Origin: Bacteroidales bacterium | GTDB lineage: Bacteria; Bacteroidota; Bacteroidia; Bacteroidales; FEN-979 | Length of the DNA: 64,000 nt | Direction of reading: 5' to 3' | NCBI GenBank assembly: GCA_028706295.1 | Contig: JAQWBQ010000009.1 | Span: 8,110 to 72,109 of the forward strand | Part shown: in pieces, positions 17,719 to 28,511 of the stretch | Layout: each line of letters begins with the position of its first letter | Position numbering within the stretch: the first letter of the stretch is position 1 | Position numbers and translations under genes: made by a program | Notes under the pieces: model-generated | Databases searched by the model: none | Told to the model about the DNA's origin: nothing | What the model saw: the letters and a program-made list of their open reading frames with translations, nothing else

Positions 17719-20700
17719 AACATACAGTTTCCCGAGAGGTATTATTTCTGACAGACCGGGATGGAGAATACGGCTGTTTTTTCTTTGTTTGATCTCATTC
17801 CTCGGGTATTCATCAAATGTGACACTTGCTCAAAATATCACCAAAACAGGGGGCATCTGTTTCAGGGTAGATGGTAATCCTTCGCTGGCAAAGTTGGTAT
17901 CGCTGGATTCTCTTTTTGCTTTCCATCAGCAGAAATTCTGTCTCGCAATCACTTCGTGGTCACTGCCACTGACACCCGATTATGTTACAAAACTGAAGGA
18001 GTTCTCAGCAACCGGACATGAGATTCTCGACAATACACCGACACATCAAACAAGTTATTTCACGGTGCTTAATATCCAGGACACCTCCCTGTATTCCAAT
18101 TCCTGGGGTGTTGATCACATTAACGGCCAGCAGGTATGTCTGAAGTACACTTCGGTTGACCTGTCGACCCCGCATGGCGAAGGTCCTCTTAATGTTTTTG
18201 GAAATCAGGTGATCAGTGCGAATCCCGGCGAGTTTTCCGATCTGAACGGCGACCCGTATTATTTCGCGCTGTACATTCAATTTAAAGACCGACCCTATCT
18301 CTGGTACGATCTGAAGAACAAGAATCCGAATGATCCGGATTCCTTAAAAATAAAGTCATTCTGGGGTGAGCCCGTCGATATCGGAACGCACTGGTGGTTC
18401 AATTATAAAAAGCTTACACAACGGGAGGTATTTATGCATCCTGCCGGCATCAGCCTGTTGGGAAAACGGTCGCAGAAGATCTTTGATGACCTGGGCATGG
18501 AGCTTCCGACAACCTGGATCCACCCGTCGGGTCCGATGCCCTGGCTGAATGCCAATGAGGTCAAATCCAATCTCGGCGATTCCCTGGGGTACACGTGCGG
18601 CTCCAACTATTCCAGCGCCGCCTATTTTTGCTTTAATGAAGCAAACCCGTCCCTTACCAAACAGTTTGCCTTACAATCGGGTGATATATCCCTGGAAAAC
18701 CATTATTTCAATTGGAATAAACCCCGCATTGCCGAAGCCGTTGCCAAACATTTTGTAAAAGTTGACCTTTCTTATCTTTCGGATCCGGTTGATGGCTGGC
18801 ACAGCTATCTTCAGAGGGTCGACAGCCTGTTGACCTGGTGTACCTTGAATAACATCCCGGTCAAAACTTATAACCAATGGAGTGCAATGGTGTACGACAG
18901 CCTGCCAAACCGGGGGATCAATGTTTTTCCCAGGCTGAATTCAGATCTCGACGGTGATGGTTTCCCGGATGGATATGACCAGGATACAGCTACACTAGCC
19001 GGACATTTTCTGCAGACAGATGGGGTTTCAGCCAGCGGAGGGAAGAGTTTCGAGATTGCCGGAAGCGGAAACATATGCAGGATAACAACATTGGCAGGCA
19101 TTGAGAAGGGGAGCAATAAATTTACGATCTGGGTGAAACGAACCGGTGCCGATTCAACCACGGTTGCCGTCGTTTTTTCATTCCCCGAAACGGGGGCAAC
19201 CCAGACGCTCTTATTTCCGGTTGACACAAATATCTGGGTCAAACAATTTCAGATCCTCGATGTTCCAGAAAACGCTTCACTTCTGAATATTCTGATCCGC
19301 AATGATGGCCTGAATACCGATTCAGTCCGTATCAGCGGGATGGACCTCAGATCAACAGGCTTCCTGAAAAAAACTATTTATCCCGACCAGGAGGTAATGC
19401 AGACAGATCAGTTCCATAATGTTGCTCTGAACACCCTGGTCAACGATTCCGTTTATGCCCCTTCGACAATAACCTGGACCATCGGTCATCGGGATACGAT
19501 GGATCTGAAAATCCTTACCGGGAATATCCTTCAGGTTTTAAAACCTTGTTCTTTCTGGACAGGCCGTGACAGCACCTATCTGATCGCTGAAAGTGAAGAC
19601 GGGTTCCGTGACAGCTGTTTTATGAAGTTCATTTCAAATCCGCTCGAAAACGGGTGCAGCGGCGTTCCCATCACCCTGACACTTCTTGATACCCTTAGCA
19701 ATGATATCATTCGTTGGACCTCCATACCTTTCGATTCCCTTTTCACTGATACGACCATTTATAATCCCACCGTTGCCCCACTGGTAACCACGCAATACAA
19801 AGTAATGTGCATCAATCCATTGGGGAATGTTAATTATGACAGCATTATTTTATTCCGTTTTCCATTTCCCGAACCGGGTTTACCAGTCGACACCGCTATA
19901 TGCCTGGGTGATAGTGTTTTGTTGACTTCTCTGGAAGGTGTAAAATTTTTATGGAGTACCGGTGATACAACGGCTTCGATCTGGGTCAAGCCCGAAGAAA
20001 ATACGACCTACACGGTTGTTGCCACCAGCGCCTTTGATTGCAGTAAAGCCGACAGCACGCTTGTGATCGTCGCAGAGAAGCCCATCGTGAAGTTAAACGG
20101 ACTACGAACTGCTTATTGCCGGAACGATTGGGCTGCAACTATTTATGGTACTCCTCCCGGTGGCACGCTGGGCGCAACATCCGGACTTATTGGCAACCAA
20201 TTTTTTCCTGACCGAGCCAACATCGGGGTAAACAAGGTCTGGTACACCTATACCAGTGAAACCGGATGCGGGGATACCGATACAGTGACAGTCAATGTTT
20301 ATAATCTTCCCCAGATAAAAAGGTTACCAGATACAACATTGTGTGCCGGCAAATCGGTGGTATTGAATGCCGGTGGCGGTTTTGATAACTATCAATGGTC
20401 TAACGGAGTGCGGGATTCGATCACGCAGGTTGATTCGACTGGTTTTGGAATTGGAACCAAACCTGTTTGGGTGTACGTTACTAAAAATGGTTGTGCAAAT
20501 AAAGATACTGCCTATATCCAGTTCATAATTTGTCCGGGGTTGGATGAAAATTCGCATTCCGGAAAATATGTCCTTTATCCCAACCCGGTTTTCACGGAAC
20601 TGATTGTTAAGGTATCCGACGGGAACACTGATCCTTTTGAACTATGCATTGTTGACATGACCGGCGCTATTTTAAGCAGGTTACAATACCATGACCTAAT

Positions 20701-20797
20701 CAATAAGGTCCCGGTCGATGGACTCCGGTCAGGGATCTACTTTATCAGGATAACACGGGGAATCGAGGTTGCCAATTACAGATTCATCAAAATGTAA
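17708..20797 (+). CDS. Large T9SS cargo (type A CTD) with N-terminal polysaccharide-deacetylase-like domain and Ig-like repeats
   Basis: Signal ending TLA|QN; ICFRVDG..GHEILDNTPTH; Ig-like units (WSTGDTT, WSNG); CTD LYPNPV...GIYFIRI..YRFIK. Confidence 0.72.
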   Translation: MTDRTYSFPRGIISDRPGWRIRLFFLCLISFLGYSSNVTLAQNITKTGGICFRVDGNPSLAKLVSLDSLFAFHQQKFCLAITSWSLPLTPDYVTKLKEFSATGHEILDNTPTHQTSYFTVLNIQDTSLYSNSWGVDHINGQQVCLKYTSVDLSTPHGEGPLNVFGNQVISANPGEFSDLNGDPYYFALYIQFKDRPYLWYDLKNKNPNDPDSLKIKSFWGEPVDIGTHWWFNYKKLTQREVFMHPAGISLLGKRSQKIFDDLGMELPTTWIHPSGPMPWLNANEVKSNLGDSLGYTCGSNYSSAAYFCFNEANPSLTKQFALQSGDISLENHYFNWNKPRIAEAVAKHFVKVDLSYLSDPVDGWHSYLQRVDSLLTWCTLNNIPVKTYNQWSAMVYDSLPNRGINVFPRLNSDLDGDGFPDGYDQDTATLAGHFLQTDGVSASGGKSFEIAGSGNICRITTLAGIEKGSNKFTIWVKRTGADSTTVAVVFSFPETGATQTLLFPVDTNIWVKQFQILDVPENASLLNILIRNDGLNTDSVRISGMDLRSTGFLKKTIYPDQEVMQTDQFHNVALNTLVNDSVYAPSTITWTIGHRDTMDLKILTGNILQVLKPCSFWTGRDSTYLIAESEDGFRDSCFMKFISNPLENGCSGVPITLTLLDTLSNDIIRWTSIPFDSLFTDTTIYNPTVAPLVTTQYKVMCINPLGNVNYDSIILFRFPFPEPGLPVDTAICLGDSVLLTSLEGVKFLWSTGDTTASIWVKPEENTTYTVVATSAFDCSKADSTLVIVAEKPIVKLNGLRTAYCRNDWAATIYGTPPGGTLGATSGLIGNQFFPDRANIGVNKVWYTYTSETGCGDTDTVTVNVYNLPQIKRLPDTTLCAGKSVVLNAGGGFDNYQWSNGVRDSITQVDSTGFGIGTKPVWVYVTKNGCANKDTAYIQFIICPGLDENSHSGKYVLYPNPVFTELIVKVSDGNTDPFELCIVDMTGAILSRLQYHDLINKVPVDGLRSGIYFIRITRGIEVANYRFIKM

Positions 20798-20805
20798 TTC
20801 CGTTT

Positions 20806-22158
20806 TCAGGCATTCTGATCCCAATCAAGATTATCGAGGATTGCCAATAGATCACTCGGGCGGTAAGGTTTTGCAAGGTATTCGTCCATTCCTGCAGCGA
20901 GGCATCTTTCGCGGTCGGTCATCATGACATGGGCGGTCACTGCCACAATTTTTATTTTCCTAACCCCACGTTCCAGATTCCGGATTATGCGGGTAGCTTC
21001 AATCCCGTCCATGATGGGCATCGCGATATCCATCAGAATCAGATCGTATGGGCGTTCTTTGTATAAATCGACGGCAACTTTCCCGTTCTCAGCGAGTTCA
21101 ACATGATGGCCAGCCCGTTTCAGACTGGTCATCGCGAACTTTTGATTAAGCAGGTTATCCTCAACCAATAGGATTCGGAGTGGTCCGAGTTTTTTCCGGG
21201 GAGTCGGGATCCCGTTACCGATTTTCCGGATCACCGCTTCATCTCCGACCTCAAATCCGAGGGTGAACCAGAATGTGGAACCTTGTCCCTGTGTACTTCT
21301 TACCCCGATTTTGCCCTTCATAAGAGTAGTCAGATTCTTTGAAATGGATAGCCCCAGTCCGGTACCTTCGTACCGTTTCATTAATGGATTTTCGAGTTGG
21401 GCGAATTCATTGAACAGGTTTTCCTGTTCTTCCGGCGGAATCCCAATCCCGGTATCTGTGATCTCAAATTTGAGGATGACTTTATTCCCGACATTTGTCG
21501 GTGCATTCAGAAATTCATCCGGGAGGAACATCTGCAATGCTGGATCAGGATGAGAATTCATTTCGATCGTTTCGACGGAAACCTCGACATGGCCACGGTT
21601 TGTAAACTTTATGGCATTATTGGTCAGGTTGATCAGTATTTGCTTTAGTCGCACAGGATCTCCGAGGAGGCATTTCGGGACCGAGGATTGGATTTTAGAG
21701 AAGAGATCGATTTTTTTCCCTTTAGCTTTGATAGATAACAACTTGATGACCTGTTGAATTTCTTCATGGGGATAAAACGGTTTATAATCCAGTTTTAACT
21801 GTCCGGCTTCAATTTTTGAAAGGTCAAGGATATCGTTGATAATGGTCAGAAGATTGACACTCGAAATATTGATAATTTCCAGGAACTCCCTTTGTTCGTC
21901 TGTCAGAACGGTCTGGCTCAGAACATTGTACATGCCGATTATGCTATTCATAGGGGTCCTGATCTCATGACTCATGTTTGCAAGAAACATCGACTTCGAA
22001 CGATTGGCATCTTCGGCATCCTGGCGTGCTTTGATCAGCTCCTGGCTTATTTTCTGATGGTCTTCCAGTTCTTCCCGGTCCTTTGCTGATTTTTCAATGA
22101 TCACTTCAAGTTCGGCGATTCGTTTTTCGAGCTCTTTTATTCTGCTTTCAGCGTCCAT
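20806..22158 (-). CDS. Cytoplasmic hybrid histidine kinase (coiled coil-HisKA-HATPase-REC)
   Basis: [58 protein letters not shown]. No TM helix. Confidence 0.93.
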   Translation of the reverse strand: MDAESRIKELEKRIAELEVIIEKSAKDREELEDHQKISQELIKARQDAEDANRSKSMFLANMSHEIRTPMNSIIGMYNVLSQTVLTDEQREFLEIINISSVNLLTIINDILDLSKIEAGQLKLDYKPFYPHEEIQQVIKLLSIKAKGKKIDLFSKIQSSVPKCLLGDPVRLKQILINLTNNAIKFTNRGHVEVSVETIEMNSHPDPALQMFLPDEFLNAPTNVGNKVILKFEITDTGIGIPPEEQENLFNEFAQLENPLMKRYEGTGLGLSISKNLTTLMKGKIGVRSTQGQGSTFWFTLGFEVGDEAVIRKIGNGIPTPRKKLGPLRILLVEDNLLNQKFAMTSLKRAGHHVELAENGKVAVDLYKERPYDLILMDIAMPIMDGIEATRIIRNLERGVRKIKIVAVTAHVMMTDRERCLAAGMDEYLAKPYRPSDLLAILDNLDWDQNA

Positions 22159-22159
22159 T

Positions 22160-23572
22160 CTATAGTTTATTCAATTGGTTCTTCATGATTGAATACAGCT
22201 CCTGTTGATTGATGGGTTTCGAAATATAATCATCAAAGCCCGCTTCAAGCAGTTTCTCCTTATCACCTGTCATGGCATAGGCAGTTTGGGCGACAAAGGG
22301 AACTGTCTTGTACGCTTTGATTTTTTTTCTTACTTCATGCATCAGTTTGATTCCATCCCAGGGTGGGGGAAGGTTGATGTCGAACAACATGATGTCGAAA
22401 ACCTTTCCGGCTTTATATTCCTCTTCAATGACTTTCAGCGCCTCATCTCCATCCATAGTTGTGATTACATTGCCCAATGACTTGGTCATTTCAAAAAGGA
22501 CAATTTTGTTCATAAGGTCATCTTCCACAATAAAAATTTCAAGCCCTTGTAAAGTCTTAAACTTTTCTTTCTTTGTGGGTTCTTTTCGGGGTTGAATCTC
22601 GTCTGTAGTTTTTTCAGGTGGGAAGAAGATAGTCACGGTGGTGCCCATCCCTTTGGCAGATTCAATTTCGATATGCCCGCGCATCATTTCGACCAGGCTT
22701 TTAGCAAGCGGTAATCCCAATCCTGCACCGCTGTTCTCCTTTGTATATCCCAGGCTATCCTGCCTGAAGGGGTCGAAAATTCCCGGCAGATAGGTGGGAT
22801 CTATTCCAATCCCGGTATCCTTGATCCGGATACAGATTTCACCCTTGTCGGTCTGAAAATCGGTCGAAACATTGATAAATCCGTTGGGGGTGTACTTCAC
22901 AGCATTTTCAAGAACGATACTCAGAACTTTATTCAGCCCCTTCTCATCAATGAAAGCAGCCGGTACCTCATTGATCTTGAGATTCAACTTCAGCTTTTGC
23001 TCGTTGGCTTTGAAAATAAACATTTGTGTTGTGTCGGCAACCACATTGTTGAGCTGACATGACTTCAACTTTATTTGCATGTCATTTGCCTCTAACTTGC
23101 TAATATCTAATATGTTATCAAGCAAGTGAGAAAGCTTGTCCCCGCTTTCGGAGATAGCCCTGGCATAATCAAACAACTCTTTATTTTCGAGAAGGGATAT
23201 TTCAGCTTCGAGCAGGCTTGCAAACCCGATAATATTGTTCAGGGGAGTCCGGATCTCATGGCTAAAGTTCGATAAGAAGGCATTCTTCATGAAGTTGGCC
23301 TCTTCAGAACGTTTTAGTGCTCTTTTCAGGGTAAAGTCAGACTTTTCCGGATCGCCTTCTTCTTTTTTCAGTTCTGTTATCTTGTCTTTGATAATCTGAT
23401 CGACTGATTCTTTGGTCTCGGCCAAATCGGCGCTCAGTTTTTTCAAGGCTTGATCTTTTTTCAGTGATTCAGCCCTTAGGCTTTTCAATTTTCCCGAAAG
23501 GAGGATCACAGTCATGATGAGCGCCAATAAAACCAGGCAGGCTATGTAGAACAGCACACTATACAGATTCAT
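22160..23572 (-). CDS. Membrane-anchored hybrid histidine kinase (TM-coiled coil-HisKA-HATPase-REC)
   Basis: One N-terminal TM; [32 protein letters not shown]; [23 protein letters not shown]. Confidence 0.92.
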   Translation of the reverse strand: MNLYSVLFYIACLVLLALIMTVILLSGKLKSLRAESLKKDQALKKLSADLAETKESVDQIIKDKITELKKEEGDPEKSDFTLKRALKRSEEANFMKNAFLSNFSHEIRTPLNNIIGFASLLEAEISLLENKELFDYARAISESGDKLSHLLDNILDISKLEANDMQIKLKSCQLNNVVADTTQMFIFKANEQKLKLNLKINEVPAAFIDEKGLNKVLSIVLENAVKYTPNGFINVSTDFQTDKGEICIRIKDTGIGIDPTYLPGIFDPFRQDSLGYTKENSGAGLGLPLAKSLVEMMRGHIEIESAKGMGTTVTIFFPPEKTTDEIQPRKEPTKKEKFKTLQGLEIFIVEDDLMNKIVLFEMTKSLGNVITTMDGDEALKVIEEEYKAGKVFDIMLFDINLPPPWDGIKLMHEVRKKIKAYKTVPFVAQTAYAMTGDKEKLLEAGFDDYISKPINQQELYSIMKNQLNKL

Positions 23573-23581
23573 GATCAGATA

Positions 23582-24388
23582 TTATTTATAGGCAACATAA
23601 AGGTCTTCTTCAGGATTGATGGCATATTGCGTGAGGTTTGACTTCCACTTTTCCCTGGTCGGATTGTAGGTTTTAACCACAAATCCCCCGTTTTCCAGCC
23701 GGTTTTTATAGTCCTGACCATAGATTCTGACATGATCAAACTGACCGAACACCTGTTCCCTTGATTCCGGATCGGTGATTGACGGATCTTCGTAAGTGGT
23801 TTTCAGGACTTTTGAGATCGGGACCTGGAGAATCGCCCATCCGCCGGGTTTCAGGACCCGGTAAAGTTCCCTGATTGCAAGGTTATCATTGGGGATGTGT
23901 TCGAGGACATGATTGCAGATAATCACATCAAATGATTCATCTTCATATGGAATGGCTGTAATGTCGAGAAGATGGGTTTGTCGGGCATAGTAATATCCTT
24001 CGAGGTATTTGACTCCGGGAACATATAAAAGATTCGGTAATTCGCTCAACATGGCTCTCAGGCACCCTTCGGGAGCAACATGAAAAAGTTTCAGCGGGGA
24101 TGAAAAAATGGTGGTTTTTTCCTGTAGAAACAAATAAACCAGTCGATCCCGGTCCAGCGAATAGCAGCGGGGACACACATCGTTATTTCGAAAACCGGCT
24201 CCGATAATCTGTTTTTCATACAGAACCGGAAGGTCAAATCCGCCGGGAAGAAATTTGCGGAATGATTTTTTACAATACGGGCAATAATAAGAATCACCAG
24301 AATATAGTAAACCGTTGATTTTTTGGTAGCCTCCTCTGAGTTTTCTGCCAAGCCAGAAAGGGATGATTTTCTTTATTGCACTTTTCAT
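23582..24388 (-). CDS. Class I SAM-dependent methyltransferase with N-terminal Cys motifs
   Basis: CPYC...CPRC, LFHVAPE, LDITAIPYEDESFDVIICNHVLEHI, RVLKPGGWAILQVP. Confidence 0.85.
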   Translation of the reverse strand: MKSAIKKIIPFWLGRKLRGGYQKINGLLYSGDSYYCPYCKKSFRKFLPGGFDLPVLYEKQIIGAGFRNNDVCPRCYSLDRDRLVYLFLQEKTTIFSSPLKLFHVAPEGCLRAMLSELPNLLYVPGVKYLEGYYYARQTHLLDITAIPYEDESFDVIICNHVLEHIPNDNLAIRELYRVLKPGGWAILQVPISKVLKTTYEDPSITDPESREQVFGQFDHVRIYGQDYKNRLENGGFVVKTYNPTREKWKSNLTQYAINPEEDLYVAYK

Positions 24389-24395
24389 AATCGGT

Positions 24396-26087
24396 TTATT
24401 TGTGATTTATTAAAATGATTTTTCTAACGATCGATTGCTCCAGGGTTTTCAACAGGAGCGAATATACTCCCGCTTGAAACTGTTCTGTTTCCAGTTGTAT
24501 CTTTACGGGACCCGGTCCGGAACCGGGATATTGTTTATTGAAAACGATCCTGCCATTAGCGTCCAGAAGGGTCAATTTCAGATTTGATAAGCGTTCCAGC
24601 GTTACAGAGATATTGATTTTATCTATTGCCGGATTTGGAGATATGGAAACCGTCAGGATGGGTTTATAATGGTCAGGCAGCGCGAGCAGCGCAGAATCCT
24701 GACATTCGAATGCGCCGATATCATAAAGTTTGGCAAACGGCCGGATCCGGTTATGGATGTCGTAAGAAATTTCGAAGCCGGCGATGGTGGCGGCGGTATT
24801 GACAGCCTGGGAGGTCCGGGTCAGGTCAAAATTGCCCTGGGCCGGATCGACAAATCCCACGGTACTGATATCAAGTGATTTAATGTTCTGGACCATACTG
24901 ACCGGGGTTGAGGAAGATCCGATGTAAATGTACGACCGTTCACCCTCAGTTCCGTATGACCCCGGATTGATTAAAATATTATTTGAGATATGATTGTTCG
25001 AGCTTAGATTGTCTTCAAACCTTACACCGTAACTTTTGGGATCGATCACGGTATTGTAAGCAAGGAGGTAGCTGTTTGATGCTGAAGTGAATGTTGAACC
25101 GACAAAAAAGCCGTATTTTAAATAGGGTGCAACGTTTTGTTGGGGTTTATAGGTTCTTCCGGGATTTATGATCAGGTTATTGAAAATCCTTTGGTCCCCA
25201 AGTGAGATGATATCGATTCCATCGCCTTTCCCGTCGCGGATGTCGTTATTGTAACAGGAAGCCTGAGTTCCTCCGCCTAACAGGATCCCTGACATCTGGT
25301 ACATAACTTCAAGTTGGCTGTCATGGAGTATGACATTATCGTGGACGGCGCAGGCAGAGTCGGCGGAACTTACCTGTATCGCATCCCACCCGGTTCCGGA
25401 AACAAAATTTCTGTAAACTTCGACACCCTTTAACAAATGAGGCAGTACAGTTGTATCCTTTTCGTTGCAGGTTATGGTCTGACCCGCATATTTTGAACTG
25501 CCGATATACATTCCTTCCATCCCGGTATCGAAGATAAAGCAATTGTGGATTTTCAAATTTCTGAGGACGAATTTTTCGCGGGTGGATTTGAACTGGCAAT
25601 CGGGTTCCGTTTTTGCAAAAATTCCAACCAGGCCTGTTTTTCCTATTTCAAGGTACTCTAATTCGACATCGGTCGATAGTCCGTCGACCGATAATCCTGC
25701 ACCCACAGTATTGTTAATCTTTATTCCATACACCGAAGCCGGATCCCCGTTCCCTGAGAGTTTTACGTAAGAACAGGAATCGAATTTAATTCCATAATTG
25801 ACACAATTTAAAATAGAGACCACACCACCGCTGTTCAAAATAACAATGGGATTATTTCGTGAGCCATGAAGGAAAGAGAGCAGTAACATGGTCCGGTTTC
25901 CTTTCAACAGGCAGATGGTATCGCCAGGCAAAACTCCTGAGGCATTGGAGCGTCCATCAATCATTGTTACCGTGGAGTCAAAGCTGATTTTACATCCGTT
26001 TGCCTGTTTCCATCCGGTTAAACTTTGCATTCCGGTGATCAGCGACAGAAAAACTATCAGCTTATTTCTGAGGGATTTTTTTAACAT
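24396..26087 (-). CDS. T9SS cargo with right-handed parallel beta-helix (pectin-lyase-like) and type A CTD
   Basis: Asn-ladder repeats (IHNC, VYRN, VHDN, CYNN, IFNNLIIN), RPFAKLYDIGAFE anchor-like motif, CTD ISPNPA...GVYSLLL..RKII. Confidence 0.8.
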   Translation of the reverse strand: MLKKSLRNKLIVFLSLITGMQSLTGWKQANGCKISFDSTVTMIDGRSNASGVLPGDTICLLKGNRTMLLLSFLHGSRNNPIVILNSGGVVSILNCVNYGIKFDSCSYVKLSGNGDPASVYGIKINNTVGAGLSVDGLSTDVELEYLEIGKTGLVGIFAKTEPDCQFKSTREKFVLRNLKIHNCFIFDTGMEGMYIGSSKYAGQTITCNEKDTTVLPHLLKGVEVYRNFVSGTGWDAIQVSSADSACAVHDNVILHDSQLEVMYQMSGILLGGGTQASCYNNDIRDGKGDGIDIISLGDQRIFNNLIINPGRTYKPQQNVAPYLKYGFFVGSTFTSASNSYLLAYNTVIDPKSYGVRFEDNLSSNNHISNNILINPGSYGTEGERSYIYIGSSSTPVSMVQNIKSLDISTVGFVDPAQGNFDLTRTSQAVNTAATIAGFEISYDIHNRIRPFAKLYDIGAFECQDSALLALPDHYKPILTVSISPNPAIDKINISVTLERLSNLKLTLLDANGRIVFNKQYPGSGPGPVKIQLETEQFQAGVYSLLLKTLEQSIVRKIILINHK

Positions 26088-26111
26088 GCTTCTCTCTTTA
26101 TGGCGACCGGT

Positions 26112-27293
26112 TTAGCCCCGTTTGGCCCGTTCCCAGTTCACGGATTGCTGTTTTTTGATATATCGCATAAAGCCAAGATATACCGCAAGGTTCATGATCA
26201 TGAAATAGTATGGGACGAAAAGGATTTTTATTTTAATTTTTCGTTCTTCCAGAATCCAACCGGTGAAAGCCATCAGGTAAATCAGTAATTGCCCCCAGAA
26301 CAGCCAGGTATATACCGAACATCCATTAAAAAATCCATCCGAAAGTGCGATGATAAAATTGCAGATCAGGATGATGGCCAGCCCAATGGGGGCAAGGGTC
26401 CAACGCAGTACCCGGTGTGAAATATATTGAAATGAGAGCATTCCGTATATGAACGGGTTGAGCAGCGCTTTCAATCTGATGACCGATTGGATACCGCCTG
26501 CAGAGATCCTTATCTTGCGTTTCAGCTCTTCTTTGACACTGGCTGAAGGATTTTCAATGGCATAGGCATCGGGGTCATACTGGATGGTATAACCCTGCAT
26601 AGCGATCCGTAATGAAATAATAAAATCATCGAGCAGTGTATCACGTTCCACGGGTTTAAACAGTTCGGTACGGAGGGCGAACAATTCGCCCGCTGCACCT
26701 ACAACCGAGTACAGACGGGCATCCCACTGTTTGAGTTTTGATTCATATTTCCAGTAGATTCCCTCAGTTGCGGCGGCAGTATCTTTGTTGAATATCCGTT
26801 TTTCACCCGATACACAGCCAACCTTCGGATTGCTGAAAAGACTGACGATCCTTCGGATTGATTCTTTGCCCAGCATGGTATTTCCATCGGAAAAAATAAC
26901 TATCGGAGTTTTCACAAACTGCATCCCGCGGTTCATAGCAGCTATTTTACCTGCCCGTTCCGGTTGATGGTACACTTCGACACCGGGGTAGTTTCGGAGC
27001 AGATCGGGTGTGCCATCATCCGATCCATCGGTGATCCACACATGTTTTACTTTCTCCTTCGGATAATCCAGTGAAAAAGAGTTTTGTAGTTTCATATCTA
27101 CAAAGTCTTTTTCATTGTAGGCGGTCACGAACAGTGTCACTTCGGGTTCATACCCGGCATCCTCCCGGTTTTTGTTCTTACCGGTTACCATTTCCTTGAT
27201 CCTGACCAAACAAAAGAGCAGTAACCCATAACCCAGGTAAGAATAGAAAATGATGAAAAGAAAGACCCAAAATAGGATTTTAATTATCAGCAT
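26112..27293 (-). CDS. GT2 glycosyltransferase (PgaC/IcaA-like, membrane-bound)
   Basis: VTLFVTAYNE, TDGSDD, GKIAAMN, FSDGN, LLDDF, ELKRKIRI, flanking TM helices. Confidence 0.9.
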   Translation of the reverse strand: MLIIKILFWVFLFIIFYSYLGYGLLLFCLVRIKEMVTGKNKNREDAGYEPEVTLFVTAYNEKDFVDMKLQNSFSLDYPKEKVKHVWITDGSDDGTPDLLRNYPGVEVYHQPERAGKIAAMNRGMQFVKTPIVIFSDGNTMLGKESIRRIVSLFSNPKVGCVSGEKRIFNKDTAAATEGIYWKYESKLKQWDARLYSVVGAAGELFALRTELFKPVERDTLLDDFIISLRIAMQGYTIQYDPDAYAIENPSASVKEELKRKIRISAGGIQSVIRLKALLNPFIYGMLSFQYISHRVLRWTLAPIGLAIILICNFIIALSDGFFNGCSVYTWLFWGQLLIYLMAFTGWILEERKIKIKILFVPYYFMIMNLAVYLGFMRYIKKQQSVNWERAKRG

Positions 27294-27299
27294 AGCTTT

Positions 27300-28487
27300 T
27301 CAGTTATTGTTACTTATTTCCTCTATTGCTTTATATATCTCATTTACATTGGCTTCCCAGGTATGACTTCGGGCAAATTCCTCACGACGGGTCGCTTGTT
27401 CGGGTGAATCTTCTATAAGCGCTTTTTCAACCAGTTCAAGATACTCCTCCCGGGATGTTGCCAGATACGTGTATTCCTCAAAAACAACCATCGCTTCGGT
27501 CCGGGTTGCAACCACCGGTTTCCCCATTGCGAGGTACTCATCTATTTTACGTGGATAATTCCCAATGGTTACCTCATTCAGGATTTGAGGATTGATCGCT
27601 ACATCAAAACAGGAGAGGTAGGCCGGGAGTTCATCGGGATTTTTGCTTCCCAGAAAATGAACATTTGGCATACCGTGAAGGGAGCTTGCTTTAAATCCTT
27701 CATCTTCAGGACCGATCAGAACGACAGACCAACCGGGTCTCTGTTCGGCAAGCCACGCGATGATGCCGATATCAAGCCTAAGGGTGTAAAGTGCGCCGAT
27801 ATACCCGATTATCGGTTTTCGGATCTCTTTAATGTCATCGGGCGCTTCTTTTATCAGTTTCATGTCAAAGGCAGTGACATCACAACCTTGTCCCACATAA
27901 TAGGAACGGGGGTTGTATTTACGGAGGTAATTGGCCAGGTAAACTGAGTTGGCAACGGCAAGATCTGCTTTTTGAATCAGTTTTGCTTCAATCCTGATGC
28001 CTTGTCGTTTCCACCATTCCACGGCAATCAGGTTATCGCGTGAATAATAGATGTACAGTTTCGGTTTCAGAAGTTCCTTCAGATAGAAACTGCGGAACAT
28101 GTCACTGTCGTTAAAAATGACGAAATCACGGAATCCGAGCTTTCGGATTGCTTTTCCGATCTGCCGGGCAAACCGACGGTTGTTGATGCGGTTCAGAAAA
28201 TCGAACAAGCAGTCATTACTGATCTGGCTAATGGATTCGAGAATGGTCCTTGGAAACAGATTCCACAGGTTATCCTGTACCTGTATAAGATCATCCAGCT
28301 CTCCCTTCAGGATCTTCCTGCGTTTCATGATCCGTGGATCCTTTCGCTCACGGTACAGGGTCAACCGGTCGACCGGGTAATTAACGTAAAGAACTCTGTG
28401 CTTTTTTGCGAATTCCAGGGCAAGATTGATACAGTTGCTTCCAATGGCGCTGTCGAATGCTTGCAATCCGGTTACTACGATATCCAT
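27300..28487 (-). CDS. GT4-type glycosyltransferase (TuaH-like)
   Basis: IGYIGAL, NYPRKIDEYLAMGKPVVAT, HTWE. Confidence 0.85.
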   Translation of the reverse strand: MDIVVTGLQAFDSAIGSNCINLALEFAKKHRVLYVNYPVDRLTLYRERKDPRIMKRRKILKGELDDLIQVQDNLWNLFPRTILESISQISNDCLFDFLNRINNRRFARQIGKAIRKLGFRDFVIFNDSDMFRSFYLKELLKPKLYIYYSRDNLIAVEWWKRQGIRIEAKLIQKADLAVANSVYLANYLRKYNPRSYYVGQGCDVTAFDMKLIKEAPDDIKEIRKPIIGYIGALYTLRLDIGIIAWLAEQRPGWSVVLIGPEDEGFKASSLHGMPNVHFLGSKNPDELPAYLSCFDVAINPQILNEVTIGNYPRKIDEYLAMGKPVVATRTEAMVVFEEYTYLATSREEYLELVEKALIEDSPEQATRREEFARSHTWEANVNEIYKAIEEISNNN

Positions 28488-28511
28488 GGGCAGGTCGGTT
28501 AAAGGCTTCTG

